DNA from: Pedobacter sp.
GTDB lineage: Bacteria > Desulfobacterota > Desulfuromonadia > Desulfuromonadales > Syntrophotaleaceae
DNA: 64,000 bases
Reading direction: 5' to 3'
Assembly: GCA_050253415.1 (NCBI GenBank)
Contig: JBFWJC010000001.1
Coordinates: 480,001-544,000, forward strand
A model generated the notes under the pieces. The model ran no database searches, was not told the DNA's origin, and worked only from the letters and a program-made list of their open reading frames with translations. Below are positions 55,273 to 64,000 of this stretch, piece after piece. The position numbers and the translations under genes were made by a program. Position 1 is the stretch's first letter, and every line of letters starts with the position of its first letter.

Positions 55273-56364
55273 GTGAATATAAAGCAGCTGGGCTGGAACG
55301 CCCATTTTGAAAGCCATTTTGAACTCTATAGGGGCCAGGACCTCGTGCCCGCGCGGGTAGTTCGTGCGGGGGGCGGGTTTTATACCCTGCTCAACGCTGA
55401 TGGCGAACAGACCGCCACCCTCGCCGGACAAGTGCGCCATGGCTCTACCCAGGATGCCCTGCCGGCCGTGGGGGATTGGGTGGCCATCGATTCGCCGCAG
55501 GAGGGCAGCATCCGCATCCATGCCATCCTGCCGCGCCAGACCGCCCTGAAACGGGCGACCGTCGCCAACCGCAAAGGTTTGGCTGAAAAGCCGGGTGTCC
55601 CCCAGGTGCTGGCGGCTAACGTGGATATCGCCATGATCGTCAGCGGGCTGAATAATGATTACAATCCAAGGCGTATCGAGCGTTACCTGACCCTGGTGCA
55701 CGAAAGCGGCGCCGTTCCGATCATCGTTCTCAACAAGTCCGACCTCTGCCCCGAGACGCAGGCGCTGCGTGCCGAAATCGAGGCGATCGCCTACGGAACC
55801 CCGGTTCTGGTCACCAGTGCGCAACGCGGTGAAGGTCTCGCCGAACTGGCGCCCCACCTGCAACCCGGCAGGACACTGGTGCTGATCGGGTCTTCGGGAG
55901 CGGGTAAATCCACATTGCTCAACCGGCTTGCCTGCTCCGATCATCAGCGGACCTCCGAGATCAGTGCCGCTGTGGGCAAGGGGATGCACACCACCACGCA
56001 CCGGGAGCTTTTTCCCCTTCCCGGTGGCGCTCTCGTCATCGACACTCCGGGGTTGCGCGAACTGCATCTGTGGGGAGAAAGCGAGGCGGGGCTGGCAAGC
56101 ACCTTTCCGGAGGTTGTCGGTTTTGCCGCGCAATGCCGCTTCAGCGATTGTCAGCATGAGCAGGAACCGGGCTGCGGTATCCGGCAAGCGTTGCTCGAGG
56201 GGACACTCGATCCCGTTCGTCTGGAAAGCTATCTGAAGCAGCGCGCGGAAATCGCTTCCGCCACTTTGCAGCAAGAGTTGGCGGCGCAGGTTGCCCAAAA
56301 GCGCAAAAGGAAAACCACTCCCCGGCAGAGCAAGCACTGGCGACGGGAACATGGGGACGGATAG
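55273..56364 (+). CDS. rsgA: Ribosome small subunit-dependent GTPase A
   Basis: PAVGDWV, LAANVD, LNKSD, GSSGAGKSTLLN, GMHTTT, IDTPGLRE, CRFSDCQHEQEPGC. Confidence 0.93.
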   Translation: MNIKQLGWNAHFESHFELYRGQDLVPARVVRAGGGFYTLLNADGEQTATLAGQVRHGSTQDALPAVGDWVAIDSPQEGSIRIHAILPRQTALKRATVANRKGLAEKPGVPQVLAANVDIAMIVSGLNNDYNPRRIERYLTLVHESGAVPIIVLNKSDLCPETQALRAEIEAIAYGTPVLVTSAQRGEGLAELAPHLQPGRTLVLIGSSGAGKSTLLNRLACSDHQRTSEISAAVGKGMHTTTHRELFPLPGGALVIDTPGLRELHLWGESEAGLASTFPEVVGFAAQCRFSDCQHEQEPGCGIRQALLEGTLDPVRLESYLKQRAEIASATLQQELAAQVAQKRKRKTTPRQSKHWRREHGDG

Positions 56365-56573
56365 TATTGGAGCCTTTTCGCAGGAATGGAAAAGGCTTGA
56401 ACGTTAACAAGTTCGCGCAAAACATGGATTAGCAGACACACAAACTGGACGAATTCACTACGAAAAAAGGTTCTGCCTCCCGGGTAGAGCCTTTTTTGTT
56501 GTTTTCCCGCTGGCTGACCACGTACATTATGGCCGATGTGGTATCAATCCATGTTTCCAAGGAGATAAGAAAG

Positions 56574-57410
56574 ATGTTCGAGGATTTGGTAGATAAACTC
56601 AAAGGGTGTAGCCGGCGACTCGTCTCTCTTTTTAATGAATCCCCCGGCGCTATGCCTGAAAAGCAAACGTTTAAATTGCTCGTTTGCATGACGACTCTTC
56701 CTGAGCGCATGACCTCCAACTTTTTGTACCGCGTGCTCGATTCCATTTTGTCCCAAAAAAAGGCCTGCCCTTTCAAACTTGTCCTTTTCGTACCCCATCG
56801 AAGCCTGCGCACAGGTTCGCCCTATCCCGACCCAACCTTTCTCTGGGAGAAATACAGCCCGGAACAGCTGGATATCCACCGTTGCGACGACATGGGGCCG
56901 GCGACGAAATTTACCGGTCTGCTGACCTATCTTTCGTCAGTCGCTACAGACGTCACCCACATTTACATTGCCGACGACGATATCATCCTTCGCGATCATG
57001 TCTTTCAGAAAATGCAGAAACGGCTTCGGGTGCGAAGTGCCGTGCACGACTATCGCCGCCTTGTCCTGGCTAACGATGCCGGTTCGCTTGATGGCATGCC
57101 AACGGTGGCCGGGTATGCAGGCATTCTGGTGCCGATAGGGTTCTTCAGGGAGTTGGCCGCCGACTCCAAACTGGCAACCGTGTGGGCAGATCTGGCAGAA
57201 AAGCGGCATCCCTGTTTTAACGTCGACGATATGCTCTTGTCGAAGCTGCTTCAACGGTTCAAATATGAGGTCGAGGGGACGGAACTGAACCCGTTCAAGG
57301 ACGTTATGGACCGTTCCCTGACGGATGAGCATCCGGACTGGTTTGAACTCTGTAAGCATACGGCCCGGGACAGCGATACAACGCAATGCATGAATGTCAT
57401 TTTGCCTTAG
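56574..57410 (+). CDS. Putative GT-A fold glycosyltransferase
   Basis: MTTLPER, DSILSQ, DDMGPATK, IADDDI, VDD; AAGGAG upstream of ATG 56574. Confidence 0.6.
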   Translation: MFEDLVDKLKGCSRRLVSLFNESPGAMPEKQTFKLLVCMTTLPERMTSNFLYRVLDSILSQKKACPFKLVLFVPHRSLRTGSPYPDPTFLWEKYSPEQLDIHRCDDMGPATKFTGLLTYLSSVATDVTHIYIADDDIILRDHVFQKMQKRLRVRSAVHDYRRLVLANDAGSLDGMPTVAGYAGILVPIGFFRELAADSKLATVWADLAEKRHPCFNVDDMLLSKLLQRFKYEVEGTELNPFKDVMDRSLTDEHPDWFELCKHTARDSDTTQCMNVILP

Positions 57411-57574
57411 GCAGGGTGGCATGGTGAGAACTATTTATTTTGGATGAAAGTAACCCTTCGCAGCTTTTTCAGGAGTCGTAAAAACGATTCGCCTCCAAAA
57501 GTGCCAGCACATGATAGGATGTAGGAGCAGCCTTTCCCCGTGTCTGACAACACTTCGGTTTTTTTGGAGGTATC

Positions 57575-58177
57575 ATGAAATACACAGGTGTAAACCATCT
57601 GGCCATGGCTACCGGCGATATGGATGCAACCATCCGATTTTGGCGTGATCTTCTGGGTATGCGCATGGTCGCAGGATTGGGCGAACCGGGATTCAGGCAT
57701 TATTTCTTCGAGATTGCTCCTAATGACATGATCGCATTTTTCGAATGGTCGGATGTCGAAGCAGTGTCTCCCAAGGTGCATGGATCACCGGTAAAGGGGC
57801 CCTTTATCTTCGATCATGTTTCTTTCGGAGTCGAAAAAAGCGAAGACCTGTGGGCTCTCAAAGACAAGCTCGATGCGGCCGGGTTTCCCTGCACAGGGCT
57901 GAGAGACCACGGCTTTATCCATTCGATTTATGCACACGATCCCAACGGTATACCCATCGAGTTCAGCTGGCAGGTGGAGGGGATCGATGTTCACAAGAAT
58001 CCGATGATGGCCGATACCGTTCCCAGTGCCGTGGCCAAGGAGGGGGCCGAACCGGTAGCTGGCCGTTGGCCGGAAGTTACCAAACCAACCCTGGAGAAGG
58101 ACAAACAGATTGTCAAAGCAGCAGGCAGCGAACTTTATCACTGTTTGAAGTCAGGTGACGAGCAGAAGCAGCCTTGA
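57575..58177 (+). CDS. VOC (glyoxalase) family protein
   Basis: GVNHLAM, FWRDLLGM, FDHVSF, SIYAHDPNGIPIEF. Confidence 0.9.
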   Translation: MKYTGVNHLAMATGDMDATIRFWRDLLGMRMVAGLGEPGFRHYFFEIAPNDMIAFFEWSDVEAVSPKVHGSPVKGPFIFDHVSFGVEKSEDLWALKDKLDAAGFPCTGLRDHGFIHSIYAHDPNGIPIEFSWQVEGIDVHKNPMMADTVPSAVAKEGAEPVAGRWPEVTKPTLEKDKQIVKAAGSELYHCLKSGDEQKQP

Positions 58178-58459
58178 CAGTTCGGTGTGCGCATTTGTTC
58201 TTTTCGTATCCAAAATGGAGAACAGCTATAAAGTGGCCGGGGTATTTATCCGGCCACTTTTGTTGTTTAGGGGCCAGAATTATATAGGGCCGGACAATTC
58301 CAAGATCTAGAGTGGATACCAGGATGGCCTTATGTTTCGGAATGTAATTGAATGTTTCTTGACAGGGGTTCACGCGTTCCTGTAGAAAAAATGTTATACA
58401 GCGCTTTGTATTCTGAATAACTGAGAACAGATGCGATCACTTTTTTGGATTTTGACAAT

Positions 58460-59362
58460 ATGTTTGAAACCGATAAGTTGCATGGCTGGTTGCCGAAAAT
58501 AATCCATCAAACTTATCCTGATCGTCAATTACCTTCGTTTTATCAGCAGAATATTACCCGCATCAAGCAGTTAAATCCTGGTTGGGACTACCGCCTTTAC
58601 GATGACAAGGATATCCAGGATTATATCGCCCTGCATTTTCCAGGGCTGCTGAATTATTACAATCGTATCGATGCACGCTATGGTGCAGCGAGGGCCGACC
58701 TGTTCCGATATCTGGTGGTCTATAACGAAGGTGGTATCTATCTCGATATTAAAAGCACCGTTACACGGCCGTTAAATGAGGTGCTTCCTGCGAAAGAAAC
58801 CTATTTGCTGTCTCATTGGGACAATGGCCCTGACGACAGATATGCGGGTTTCGGTTTATGGGATTGTGCAGAGGACAGGCCGGGATCCTGGCCTGAACGG
58901 GGTGAATTTCAGCAATGGTTTATTGTGTCGCCGCCCAGGCACCCCTTTTTGCGAAAAACGATCGAACAGGTGTGCCATAACATCGATACCTATTGCCCGT
59001 TGAAGGGCGAAGTGGGGCGGTTGGGCGTGCTCAAGCTGACCGGCCCGATAGCCTATACCCAGGCTGTTTTATCGTTGATGGATACGGTTGCTTACACTAT
59101 CGTTGATGTGAAAGTTGATCTGGGGTTTCGCTATTCGTGCCTGCAAGCGCCTCAATCGCACAAAAGGAGCTTTCGGCATAAACACTATTCCCGTCTAAAA
59201 AGCCCGATTATAAAGCCTGTGGGAATGCAGAAATTCGTATATTTCTTTCAGGCACTCACGCGATACGTGATTGCTCCGTTTAAGCGGATCAGGAGAAGTC
59301 TCGCCAAGCGCCTGAAAAGGCGGATAGATCCAGGGTGGAGTTTCGGGGATGGGGCAAGATAA
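58460..59362 (+). CDS. Glycosyltransferase family 32 (DXD, Och1/SUR1-like)
   Basis: LPKIIHQT, LNPGWDYRLYDD, ARADLFRYLVVYNEGGIYLDI, PRHPFL, LTGP. Confidence 0.88.
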   Translation: MFETDKLHGWLPKIIHQTYPDRQLPSFYQQNITRIKQLNPGWDYRLYDDKDIQDYIALHFPGLLNYYNRIDARYGAARADLFRYLVVYNEGGIYLDIKSTVTRPLNEVLPAKETYLLSHWDNGPDDRYAGFGLWDCAEDRPGSWPERGEFQQWFIVSPPRHPFLRKTIEQVCHNIDTYCPLKGEVGRLGVLKLTGPIAYTQAVLSLMDTVAYTIVDVKVDLGFRYSCLQAPQSHKRSFRHKHYSRLKSPIIKPVGMQKFVYFFQALTRYVIAPFKRIRRSLAKRLKRRIDPGWSFGDGAR

Positions 59363-59382
59363 GAATTCGCGGCTTTAAAATT

Positions 59383-59420
59383 AAATCGGGCAGGCGCCTG
59401 CAGCGCCTGCCCGATTTTTT
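59383..59420. terminator. Bidirectional terminator
   Basis: AAATCGGGCAGGCGC-ctgca-GCGCCTGCCCGATTTTT. Confidence 0.85.
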
Positions 59421-59438
59421 CATTACGGACGGAATCGT

Positions 59439-59921
59439 TTATTTCCCGCAGCATTTCTTGTACTTCTTGCCGCTGCCGCAACTGCAGGGATCGTTACGAC
59501 CGATCTTGGTGACGCTGAGCGGCTGCGCCTTGACCATGATCCCCTCGACAAACCCCCACTTTTTATTTTTGCGTTTGAACTGACCGCGTTCGTGGTGGCT
59601 GTGTATACCGGTTTTATCGCGAAAGCGGGCGATAAATTCGACCTCGCCTTCGTCGTCCTTCGGGCCGCCGTCGGTGGTGCCGACAATCTGCAGGCCGTGC
59701 CATTCGGATTCCTCGGCCCAGGTCTTGGTCGCCTTGTGATCGTACCCCTCGCGGTGGTCGGGGTGGGTGCTGTCATAAAGAAAATCGACATCGACCTTTA
59801 CGTGGGCAGAGTAGCGCGCACGCATCAGTTGTTCCGCCGTTTCGGCTGATTTCTTACCGGTGATGATCGGTTCGCAGCAGGCAGCGTAGTCGTTGCCGCT
59901 GCCGCAGGGACAGCTGTTCAT
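59439..59921 (-). CDS. YchJ family SEC-C motif protein
   Basis: [61 protein letters not shown]. Confidence 0.92.
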   Translation of the reverse strand: MNSCPCGSGNDYAACCEPIITGKKSAETAEQLMRARYSAHVKVDVDFLYDSTHPDHREGYDHKATKTWAEESEWHGLQIVGTTDGGPKDDEGEVEFIARFRDKTGIHSHHERGQFKRKNKKWGFVEGIMVKAQPLSVTKIGRNDPCSCGSGKKYKKCCGK

Positions 59922-60087
59922 GGTGATTCTCCTTCGCGGATCGGATTCTGAAATTTGCTGAAGTCTATTCATCCGCGGGCAGAGTGTCAAGACAGTCTTG
60001 AGCAAGTGCGCATTGTAGTTGTTCTATAAAATCCGATGCCATAAAGGGTGAAGTCGTCACTGCAAGGCCTTGTGGCACCGCTGACAT

Positions 60088-60981
60088 TTAATAAACCCCG
60101 GAATAGACCAACTCGATCCAGCGATCTCCGGTGAAGAGCCCATGACCCCAGGTTTCTTCCAGATCGGCCAGAGGTTTTGCGGCAACCGCTTCCTGGACGG
60201 TTTTGCCTGCCATTTGCAGGTTTTTCAACCGGTCATAGGCGGTTTTCAGCATCTGATGGTAGTTTGCCAGCTGTGCTTTGCCCGCCAGTGGGCCATGCCC
60301 CGGGATAATCCGGGTTTGGTCATTCGCCAGTGAAAGAAGCTGTTCTACCGCCTTGATCATTCCTTTGACCGAACCGCCATGGCTGACATCGATAAACGGA
60401 TAGAAACCGTTGAAGAAAATATCGCCGGTATGGATGACATTGGCGGATTTGAAATGGATAAAGCTGTCGCCATCGGTATGGGCGTGGGGCACATGGATGG
60501 CGTGGACGGTTTCACCGTTGAGATGAAAATTGAGATCCGTGGAAAAGGTTACCACAGGCAGGCCCTCAGGGGTTGCAGCCGCACTTTTCATCTTGAACGG
60601 GGCGAGATACGAGCCGGTTCGTAAACGCTCACGGACATTGTCGTGTGAAAAAATCAGGCTGCCGCTGTGCCCCAGATGCTCGTTTCCGCCAGTGTGGTCG
60701 GCATGATAGTGGGTGTTGATAAGAAACTTCGGTTCCTCGCCACCGGCCGATTTGATCGCAGCAACGATCTTCTCCGTGAGGGGGGCATACTGGTCGTCGA
60801 TCAGAAAGGTGCCATCCTCGCCGATAAACAGGCCTATATTGCCACCCTCGCCGGTTAGCATGTAAATGTTTCCGGTGACCGGCACGGTGCTGATTGCCGC
60901 TTCGTCAGCCGCTGCGCCGGTAGCGAGAAGCGTCAGTCCTGTCGCCATAACCGTTAATGTGGTGAATAATTTGCTGATCAT
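60088..60981 (-). CDS. Exported MBL-fold metallo-hydrolase (cyclase-like)
   Basis: Signal peptide, INTHYHADHTGGN, AHTDGD, HTGD, IPGHG. Confidence 0.9.
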   Translation of the reverse strand: MISKLFTTLTVMATGLTLLATGAAADEAAISTVPVTGNIYMLTGEGGNIGLFIGEDGTFLIDDQYAPLTEKIVAAIKSAGGEEPKFLINTHYHADHTGGNEHLGHSGSLIFSHDNVRERLRTGSYLAPFKMKSAAATPEGLPVVTFSTDLNFHLNGETVHAIHVPHAHTDGDSFIHFKSANVIHTGDIFFNGFYPFIDVSHGGSVKGMIKAVEQLLSLANDQTRIIPGHGPLAGKAQLANYHQMLKTAYDRLKNLQMAGKTVQEAVAAKPLADLEETWGHGLFTGDRWIELVYSGVY

Positions 60982-61182
60982 GGTTTTTCTCCCTTGTTTC
61001 AGATGTATCTGTTACCCGGGGTTCCAGGTATTGGCCTGATTCCCGGCAGGTTTATAGACGCCAGTATAACCCAAGTCCCGGGTGAGGATGTATTGAAATT
61101 AGAATAAATACAAAAACAGAAGGCGGTCTGGAAGAATGAACAGGGGCGGGAATGAACAAGCAGCACGTGTCGAGCAGCCATA

Positions 61183-61217
61183 AAAAACGGCTCTCCTTTT
61201 GGGAAGAGCCGTTTTTA
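61183..61217. terminator. Bidirectional terminator
   Basis: AAAAAACGGCTCT..AGAGCCGTTTTT. Confidence 0.75.
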
Positions 61218-61244
61218 AAGTTTAACGGTTGCCGGTCTGTAAAG

Positions 61245-62588
61245 TTAATGCAGGCATTGAAACAGGCCCATGGCCCACTGGCACGCACCGCAGGGTTCCG
61301 GGTGGGTATAGCAGTCAAACTCGAAGTCTTCATCCTGCAGCAGATCACAGGGGGCTACACCGCAATTGCTGCAGTAAGGATAATCGAAGGCATGGACGTT
61401 CTCGCGGAAGCTGCGAAACGCCTCGTCGTTCCAGATATCCAGCAACGGCCGTTCGCTGACGTTGCCGAAGATCTTGGGTTTTACCAGCCGATCCCAGTCG
61501 TTGATGAAACAACGGAATTGGTGCCAGAGAAAATAACAGGGGTGCACCGCGCCGTCCCAGGAGATGAAGGCTCCGCCATCTTCCACGAAGTCGCATTTGC
61601 GTTCGTGGCGGGGAACCGCCGCCGGCAAACTCAGTTCGATGCCCAGGTCTTTGGCTAATTGCTCCGCCTCATCAAACAAGGCCTGCAACTGTTCCGCCTT
61701 TTCGGCTCCGCGCTCCAGCAGGCGAGGAACGTCGAGAAAAACATCTTTTTTCCGTGCGTCGGCCCGCATCTGATCGACCAGTTCCATCATGCGGGCAAGC
61801 TTGGGATCCAGGCCCGGTAAAAACCGACCCATTTCCCAGCGGGAATTATAATCGCGCACATCGAGCCCCATTTCGGCGATTTTATCCCGCCAATAGGTGA
61901 AGATCTTCACGGCCTCGTCGGTCGAATTGTCGTAGGCGAGTTGGTCCATAGCGGAAGTATCGTAAGCCGAGGCCTGGGTGACGAGCATGAAATCGGCGCC
62001 CCGGTCCGCGACCCAGCGCAGGGTGTCCAACAGCTGTTGTTTGTTTTCCTCCATCAGAACGAATTCGACGCCGATCTTCAGCCGGGTATCGGGCTGGCGT
62101 TTACGGGCGTTGGCCAAAAAGGCAAAGGCTTTCTCCATGTCGCTGAGATCTTCCCCTTCGCGTACTTTGCTGAACGTGTCGGGTTTGACCCCGTCCACCG
62201 ACAGGCAGAGGCGGTCAAGGCCGGAGGCCACCAGATCCCGTGCCCAATCTGCGTCGAGCAGCAGGCCGTTGGACTGAAAACCGATCCAGGATTTTTCCGG
62301 CATGGCGCGCCGGGCCCGATGGATAAAATCGAGCAAATGGGGGTGCATCAGCGACTCACCGATACCGTTGAGCAGCAGGGCTTCGAGGTGAGGAAAGACC
62401 GGTTCCAGAGCGCTGAAGGTCTCTTCGGTCATATCGCCATCGATGATATTGCTGTCGGCGGACTGTTTGACGCACATCGGGCAACGCAGGTTACAGAAAG
62501 TCGTGGTTTCAACGAACAGTTTGCTCGGATAAGGCCTTAAAGGCGCTGGTAACGCGTCTGAAGGCTGCGAGGAGGTTTGCGGACTCAT
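61245..62588 (-). CDS. Radical SAM/SPASM protein (deltaproteobacterial putative metalloenzyme maturase type)
   Basis: CNLRCPMC, GIGE, QSNG, SVDG, SPASM C..GAVHPC..FGN..IWN, Cys-rich tail; start placed at ATG 62588. Confidence 0.88.
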   Translation of the reverse strand: MSPQTSSQPSDALPAPLRPYPSKLFVETTTFCNLRCPMCVKQSADSNIIDGDMTEETFSALEPVFPHLEALLLNGIGESLMHPHLLDFIHRARRAMPEKSWIGFQSNGLLLDADWARDLVASGLDRLCLSVDGVKPDTFSKVREGEDLSDMEKAFAFLANARKRQPDTRLKIGVEFVLMEENKQQLLDTLRWVADRGADFMLVTQASAYDTSAMDQLAYDNSTDEAVKIFTYWRDKIAEMGLDVRDYNSRWEMGRFLPGLDPKLARMMELVDQMRADARKKDVFLDVPRLLERGAEKAEQLQALFDEAEQLAKDLGIELSLPAAVPRHERKCDFVEDGGAFISWDGAVHPCYFLWHQFRCFINDWDRLVKPKIFGNVSERPLLDIWNDEAFRSFRENVHAFDYPYCSNCGVAPCDLLQDEDFEFDCYTHPEPCGACQWAMGLFQCLH

Positions 62589-62902
62589 GATTGCTCCGGA
62601 TATGTCGGGGATTTTATGGTGAGTTGAATTCGGGGGCATTTTACAGCGACTCCATGCATAACAAGGGCGCACCCTAACACAAAATCGGAGGTCCTGACAC
62701 CCCCCAATCGGGCCGACATGCGTATACATGAGGGTTGCCGGGGTGATCGGGAGAAATGACCTGTAACAACTGATACGTTAGTTCAGAAAAGATGATAAAG
62801 GGTGGATAGCGAAGACAAGCCGTGTGCTTAGAGTGATGAAAAATGTAGCTGGAAGGCTCCTCGATATCCGAGGGCGCTTTTCCGTTTTTATGCTTGTTAT
62901 TT

Positions 62903-63148
62903 TTACCTATTATTGATGGAAGCCAGCCCCATATCCTCGGTAAACGGAACCTCATTTGTGCCGTATCTGGCCATGGACGAACAAAGAACGAAGCGCTTGA
63001 CGCCACCGGCCGTTGCCGCGGACACAACTCCAGTGGTAGCTGTGACAACATTGCGGGTGACCAGATGTGGGCTGAATACGAAGAGCCCCTCCGCCATCTG
63101 AGATCGGCAGGAATTGTGGGTACTCAAAAATAGCACTCTGGTCTTCAT
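62903..63148 (-). pseudogene. Chimeric remnant: ArsC/LMW-PTP 5' end fused to an epimerase internal fragment
   Basis: MKTRVLFLSTHNSCRSQMAEG, then LFVFSPHLVTRNVVTATTGVV..SSMARYGTNEVPFTEDM matching the 42341 epimerase. Confidence 0.8.
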
Positions 63149-63589
63149 ACAAATAATTCTTTCGGTAATTTAGACTCTTTTGGGTAAAGGGTTTGCTTGG
63201 TTTAATATGCGTGACATAAGACATACTGTAGCTTTCTGAAACAAAGCCCAAGGAGCCCAAGCAATTTCCGAGCGGTCTTTTATGCAGAGCAAGACAGCAA
63301 AATATCCCGAAATTTCAATAAAAAGAGTCGGATCGGTGAAGAAAAATCTACACGTCAACCGATTCATCCATGCGCTGAAGATGTTCAATTCCAAGTTGAT
63401 TGCCGCCATAAGAAAAGCCGCCAGGCATGCTGGCAATGTCATCTCGATTTTTGTCTTAAAATGGTTTCTAATCGTTGGTTAGTTTTTTTATAAGTCAAAA
63501 ATTCCTAGATAATCTAATACTGAAACTTGGGGTAAGAGCACGGAATAAAACACGGATTGTTGGTTCAATGCCGGCGAGTATTTGAAGTA

Positions 63590-63622
63590 AAAAAGGGTGC
63601 CCCTTCCGCAAGGGGCACCCCG
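63590..63622 (-). terminator. Intrinsic terminator
   Basis: GGGTGCCCCTT-ccgc-AAGGGGCACCC with an A-run on its left. Confidence 0.75.
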
Positions 63623-63739
63623 ATACGGGAAACGCTCATTTTTAGGCATGGGAGGAATAGAGGCGCTTCCCTGTATAATGCTGATGTTGTGTAACCCTCG
63701 ACTTGTCCGTGTCGAGTAGGTTTTTTCCAGTTATTGTGG

Positions 63740-64000
63740 CTAACACTCGCAGGTTTTTGCAGGGAGGAGGCGTTCTGCCGCATACTCGGTGATGTCATCG
63801 ATGAAGTGTAAGAAGAGGTCATTTGAACCTGCCAACGGAATCCAATTCACTTCCCCGACTATACCCGCGTGCTCTATGTAAGCGACCGCACGCACCGCTG
63901 CCCCCTCCTGCAGCGCCTTGTCCGCTGCACAACCTTCGTGGTGTTTTTTCTCTCCGAGGTCGATGCATCTCACTCCAACAGGGTAGCCAGCAGCTTGGCC
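63740..64000 (-). CDS. 3' end of a gene truncated by the window edge, function unknown
   Basis: Frame open from 64000 to the stop at 63740, followed by a minus-strand terminator. Confidence 0.4.
   Translation of the reverse strand, partial: GQAAGYPVGVRCIDLGEKKHHEGCAADKALQEGAAVRAVAYIEHAGIVGEVNWIPLAGSNDLFLHFIDDITEYAAERLLPAKTCEC

Noticed and set aside
63170..63482. Short ORFs in the AT-rich stretch
   Set aside because: No RBS or recognisable motifs; probably degraded or non-coding DNA.

Overview
A 64 kb bacterial window, mostly GC-rich. Gene content and intergenic style fit a Desulfuromonadales deltaproteobacterium (Pelobacter/Syntrophotalea-like); this is an inference. The first ~25 kb is largely core: a sigma54 NtrC-type regulator, a complete rnfABCDGE operon, hemL, a MacAB-like ABC exporter, wzi, a cardiolipin-type PLD, a NupC transporter, hslO and mnmH/selU. 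From ~25.8 kb onward it is a patchwork accessory region with gene remnants and short repeats. Best candidate for an undescribed system: an AT-rich two-gene unit (27530-29844) encoding a HEPN-like protein and an ORC/CDC6-STAND-like P-loop ATPase whose C-terminus resembles the RNA polymerase alpha CTD. It sits directly behind a degenerate integron attC site and next to a DUF2779 nuclease, suggesting a cassette-derived anti-phage system with a possible decoy sensor. Other notable items: an exported ACP-like protein lacking the phosphopantetheine serine, an ATP-grasp/GNAT/ATP-grasp/BKACE operon, an SBP56 gene paired with a His-rich membrane protein, a stand-alone MtrA-DUF4346 protein, two candidate structured RNAs and a chimeric arsC/epimerase pseudogene. 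No rRNA, tRNA, CRISPR array or intact transposase/integrase was recognised. All family calls come from motif recognition by eye; no database search was run.
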